From NCBI GenBank assembly GCA_009859145.1, contig VRVR01000049.1, forward strand, positions 62,001 to 126,000: 64,000 nucleotides of DNA, written 5' to 3'. The notes under the pieces are model-generated. The model was not told the origin of the DNA. It did no database searches and saw nothing but the letters and a program-made list of their open reading frames with translations. Below, piece by piece: positions 61,156 through 64,000 of the stretch (positions are counted from its first letter, which is position 1; each line of letters opens with the position of its first letter). The translations under genes and the position numbers were made by a program. Source of the DNA: Andalucia godoyi And28 (Eukaryota > Protista > Jakobida).

Positions 61156-64000
61156 ATGTCTCGGAGACCGGTTGAGCGAGGCACGGAGCCTGCGCGGGTT
61201 TCCTTTGAGGGGCCCCGAGGTCGTGTGGATGAAGCCGTGAGAAGATCACTGGATATTGTCCGAATCAGTACGGAAATGCGGGTTCGTACGCAGCACCGAA
61301 TTGAGAAGCGCAAACGAGGAATTAAACACCGCGTCATGAAAAAGGATGATTTGAAAAGAGAGATTGTGATGGATGATCACAAGATCGGCCTGGCAGATCT
61401 GGCTGCCCGTCTGACAACAAGCGTGGACGTGGAGAATCCAAGTCAGAGCCAAGGTCTCTCTGAGGAAGAGGCAGACAGAAGACTAAAGGCAAACGGACCG
61501 AACGCTTTGACTCCCCCGAAAACAATCCCGGAGTGGCTGAAGTTTCTGGGTCAGTTCACTGGGTTCTTTTCGCTCCTGCTGGAAGCTGGTGGAATCCTCT
61601 GCTTTGTCGCGTATGCACTGCAGCCCGAATTTCCAGACAATCTGTGGCTGGGAATTGCACTATGGGTCGTTGTCGTCTTCACCGCACTGTTCACATACTC
61701 GCAAGAGCGCAAGTCTGCGAATGTGCTCGCTGGATTTCGACACTTGGTTCCTCAGATGAGCAAGGTTGTGCGTTCTGGACAAGTCCGTGAAGTCCCATCT
61801 TCAAACCTGGTTGTCGGGGACGTCATCGTGCTCAAGGGTGGTGACAAGGTGCCCGCCGATGGGCGCGTTATGCTTTCCAACGGCCTCAAAGTTGACAATT
61901 CGTCTCTTACGGGAGAAGCGGAGTCGCTGAGCCGAGTTGCTGAATGCACCAACGACAATCCGATGGAAACAAAGAACATGATCTTCTACGGGACGCTGTG
62001 CACGGAGGGAACAGGGTTCGCCATTGTCATTCGTACTGGAGACGAAACGCTGATTGGAAGAATTGCAGGATTGGCGAGCACAGCTACCACGGAGATGACG
62101 CCCCTGCGCAGAGAGATCATCTACTTTACCAAGCTGACGTCTGCACTGGCCATTTCGCTTGGAGTGCTCTTTTTTGTGCTCAGTCTAGTGCTCGGAAATT
62201 CCTTTCTTCAAGCCGTCATCTACGGCATCGGTTTACTGGTGTCCCTCGTTCCAGAAGGACTGCTTCCAACACTCACGGTCGCTCTGACCCTCACTGCTTC
62301 CAAAATGGCTCAGAAAAAGGTTCTTGTGAAGAACTTGGAGTCTGTGGAGACCTTGGGATCCACAACCACAATTTGCAGTGACAAGACAGGAACGCTCACG
62401 CAAAATCGCATGACGGTATCGCATCTCTGGTACAATCGTCAGATCGTCACTTCTGATCCTGTTGTTTCGGAAGGCTCGTTTGATCCGTTTGAACCGTCCT
62501 TCCAGCATCTGCTTCGCACTTGCATCATCTGCAACAAGGCCGAGTTTGAGCCGGTACCCGCGGGAGCTACTGCAGATCCGAACGTTTTGAATCGCAAGAC
62601 GGTAGGCGATGCATCGGAATCTGCGCTCATCAAATTTGGACAACCGCTGTGCCCAATCTCGAGGCTGAGAAGCGATTTTGTGAAAATTGCCGAGCTTCCT
62701 TTTAATTCGACAAACAAGTTCCAGATTTCGATCCATCGCCAGCCTGCGTATGTTCGAGATGGAATTGTTCTTCAGAGCAGCAGTTCCAAAAAGGTGGTGA
62801 TTGCTGTTGGGTCATCTCGTGTGCAAGATGTCTCAGCGAACGAAGACGCCAGCTCCAGCTCCAACGTGGACACCAACACAATCGAACCGACCGTGAACAA
62901 TATGCCTCGTCTGTTGGTCATGAAGGGCGCTCCGGAGCGGGTTCTGGATCGATGCTCCACGTACCTGGACAAACGAGGGCAGAAGGCTCCTGTTGACGAT
63001 GCCTTTCGCGCGGCGTTTGACAAAGCCTGCAATGATCTAATGTCGTTAGGAGAGCGAGTGCTGGGGTTCGCGGAAGCGGAGCTGGACCCACAGAAGTTTC
63101 CCCCTTCGTTTGACAGCCAGTACGACTTTGAACACGAAGACAGACATCCAGGATTCCATGCCATGACTTTCGTGGGCTTGGTATCGCTAATTGATCCTCC
63201 TCGTCTGGCAGTCCCAGAGGCGGTGGCGAAGTGCCGTTCTGCGGGAATCCGTGTGATCATGGTTACCGGAGATCATCCAAGCACGGCTAAAGCGATTGCC
63301 CGGAATGTGGGCATCGTCACTGCCAAGACAGACGACGAAGTGGCGCTGGAAAACAATATATCGATCAAAGATCTACGCACAACAAGAGATGATTTGTGGC
63401 CGCAGGTTCGTGCGTGTGTCATTCACGGACAAGAAATCCCCGAACTCTCCGAGCACGAGTGGGAGTTTATTCTGTCCAGACCCGAGATTGTTTTTGCCCG
63501 AACCTCGCCGCAGATGAAACTGCAGATTGTCGAGCATTGCCAGAATCGAGGCGAGGTTGTCGCCGTAACGGGCGATGGAGTGAATGATTCTCCAGCCTTG
63601 AAGAAAGCAGACATTGGCATCGCGATGGGCATCACGGGTAGCGACGTTGCAAAAGAGGCTGCTGACATGCTCTTGCTGGATGACAACTTCGCTTCCATCG
63701 TTGCAGGTGTGGAGGAAGGAAGGCTCATCTTTGACAACATCAAAAAGTGCATTGCATACATGCTGGTTGTGAACATCCCTGAAGTTGTGCCGTTCATCTT
63801 TTTCTCGCTCTTCGGTTTTCCGCTTGCCCTTTCTGTCATCCTTGTGCTGCTCCTGTCCCTTGGTACCGACATGCTACCGGCCATTGCGCTGGCGTACGAA
63901 GAACCTGAACAGGACATTATGAACCGAAAGCCACGAAACGCACTAACAGATCGCATGGTGACTTCGCGTCTCATTTCATTGTCGTACCTCCAGTTGGGTA
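61156..64000 (+). CDS. P2C (Na+/K+-ATPase alpha-like) P-type ATPase, 3'-partial; absent from the ORF track
   Basis: MDDHK, GPNALTPPKT.PEW.KF, DNSSLTGE, VPEGLL, ICSDKTGTLTQNRMTV, GDASESAL, KGAPERVL, DPPR, MVTGDH, TGDGVNDSPALKKADIG; first ATG after an in-frame TGA is at 61156. Confidence 0.95.
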   Translation, partial: MSRRPVERGTEPARVSFEGPRGRVDEAVRRSLDIVRISTEMRVRTQHRIEKRKRGIKHRVMKKDDLKREIVMDDHKIGLADLAARLTTSVDVENPSQSQGLSEEEADRRLKANGPNALTPPKTIPEWLKFLGQFTGFFSLLLEAGGILCFVAYALQPEFPDNLWLGIALWVVVVFTALFTYSQERKSANVLAGFRHLVPQMSKVVRSGQVREVPSSNLVVGDVIVLKGGDKVPADGRVMLSNGLKVDNSSLTGEAESLSRVAECTNDNPMETKNMIFYGTLCTEGTGFAIVIRTGDETLIGRIAGLASTATTEMTPLRREIIYFTKLTSALAISLGVLFFVLSLVLGNSFLQAVIYGIGLLVSLVPEGLLPTLTVALTLTASKMAQKKVLVKNLESVETLGSTTTICSDKTGTLTQNRMTVSHLWYNRQIVTSDPVVSEGSFDPFEPSFQHLLRTCIICNKAEFEPVPAGATADPNVLNRKTVGDASESALIKFGQPLCPISRLRSDFVKIAELPFNSTNKFQISIHRQPAYVRDGIVLQSSSSKKVVIAVGSSRVQDVSANEDASSSSNVDTNTIEPTVNNMPRLLVMKGAPERVLDRCSTYLDKRGQKAPVDDAFRAAFDKACNDLMSLGERVLGFAEAELDPQKFPPSFDSQYDFEHEDRHPGFHAMTFVGLVSLIDPPRLAVPEAVAKCRSAGIRVIMVTGDHPSTAKAIARNVGIVTAKTDDEVALENNISIKDLRTTRDDLWPQVRACVIHGQEIPELSEHEWEFILSRPEIVFARTSPQMKLQIVEHCQNRGEVVAVTGDGVNDSPALKKADIGIAMGITGSDVAKEAADMLLLDDNFASIVAGVEEGRLIFDNIKKCIAYMLVVNIPEVVPFIFFSLFGFPLALSVILVLLLSLGTDMLPAIALAYEEPEQDIMNRKPRNALTDRMVTSRLISLSYLQLG

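Overview
Gene-dense, intron-poor eukaryotic (protist) nuclear DNA in the standard genetic code, with genes on both strands and no polycistronic blocks. About 33 protein genes are supported. Recognisable ones: V-ATPase a, HAUS6, PSMG1, SMC6, MCU, DIM1, PMS2, an FCP1-like phosphatase, eIF3e, UVRAG, an Mdm12-like ERMES subunit, a BRCA1/BARD1-like RING-BRCT protein, short RNase Z, an EamA transporter, a GNAT, PP2C, an HD hydrolase, a P450, CK2-beta and a P2C ATPase that runs off the right end. Mdm12 plus MCU plus intron scarcity fits a free-living discobid such as a jakobid, but this is inference only. Structure the ORF track misses: (1) three degenerate, same-orientation copies of a 0.4-0.65 kb intergenic element (about 9.3, 45.7 and 60.5 kb) with complementary internal deletions and many CG<->TG/CA differences; (2) a spliced 78-aa Tom7-like gene; (3) a missed first exon of a coiled-coil gene; (4) a Na,K-type pump with substituted cation-site residues; (5) a Dam-like NPPY methyltransferase; (6) E2F-like sites upstream of DNA-repair genes; (7) a 4-bp convergent stop-codon overlap between DIM1 and PMS2. 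No tRNA, rRNA, CRISPR array or intact transposon was recognised. Family calls come from motif recognition, not database searches.
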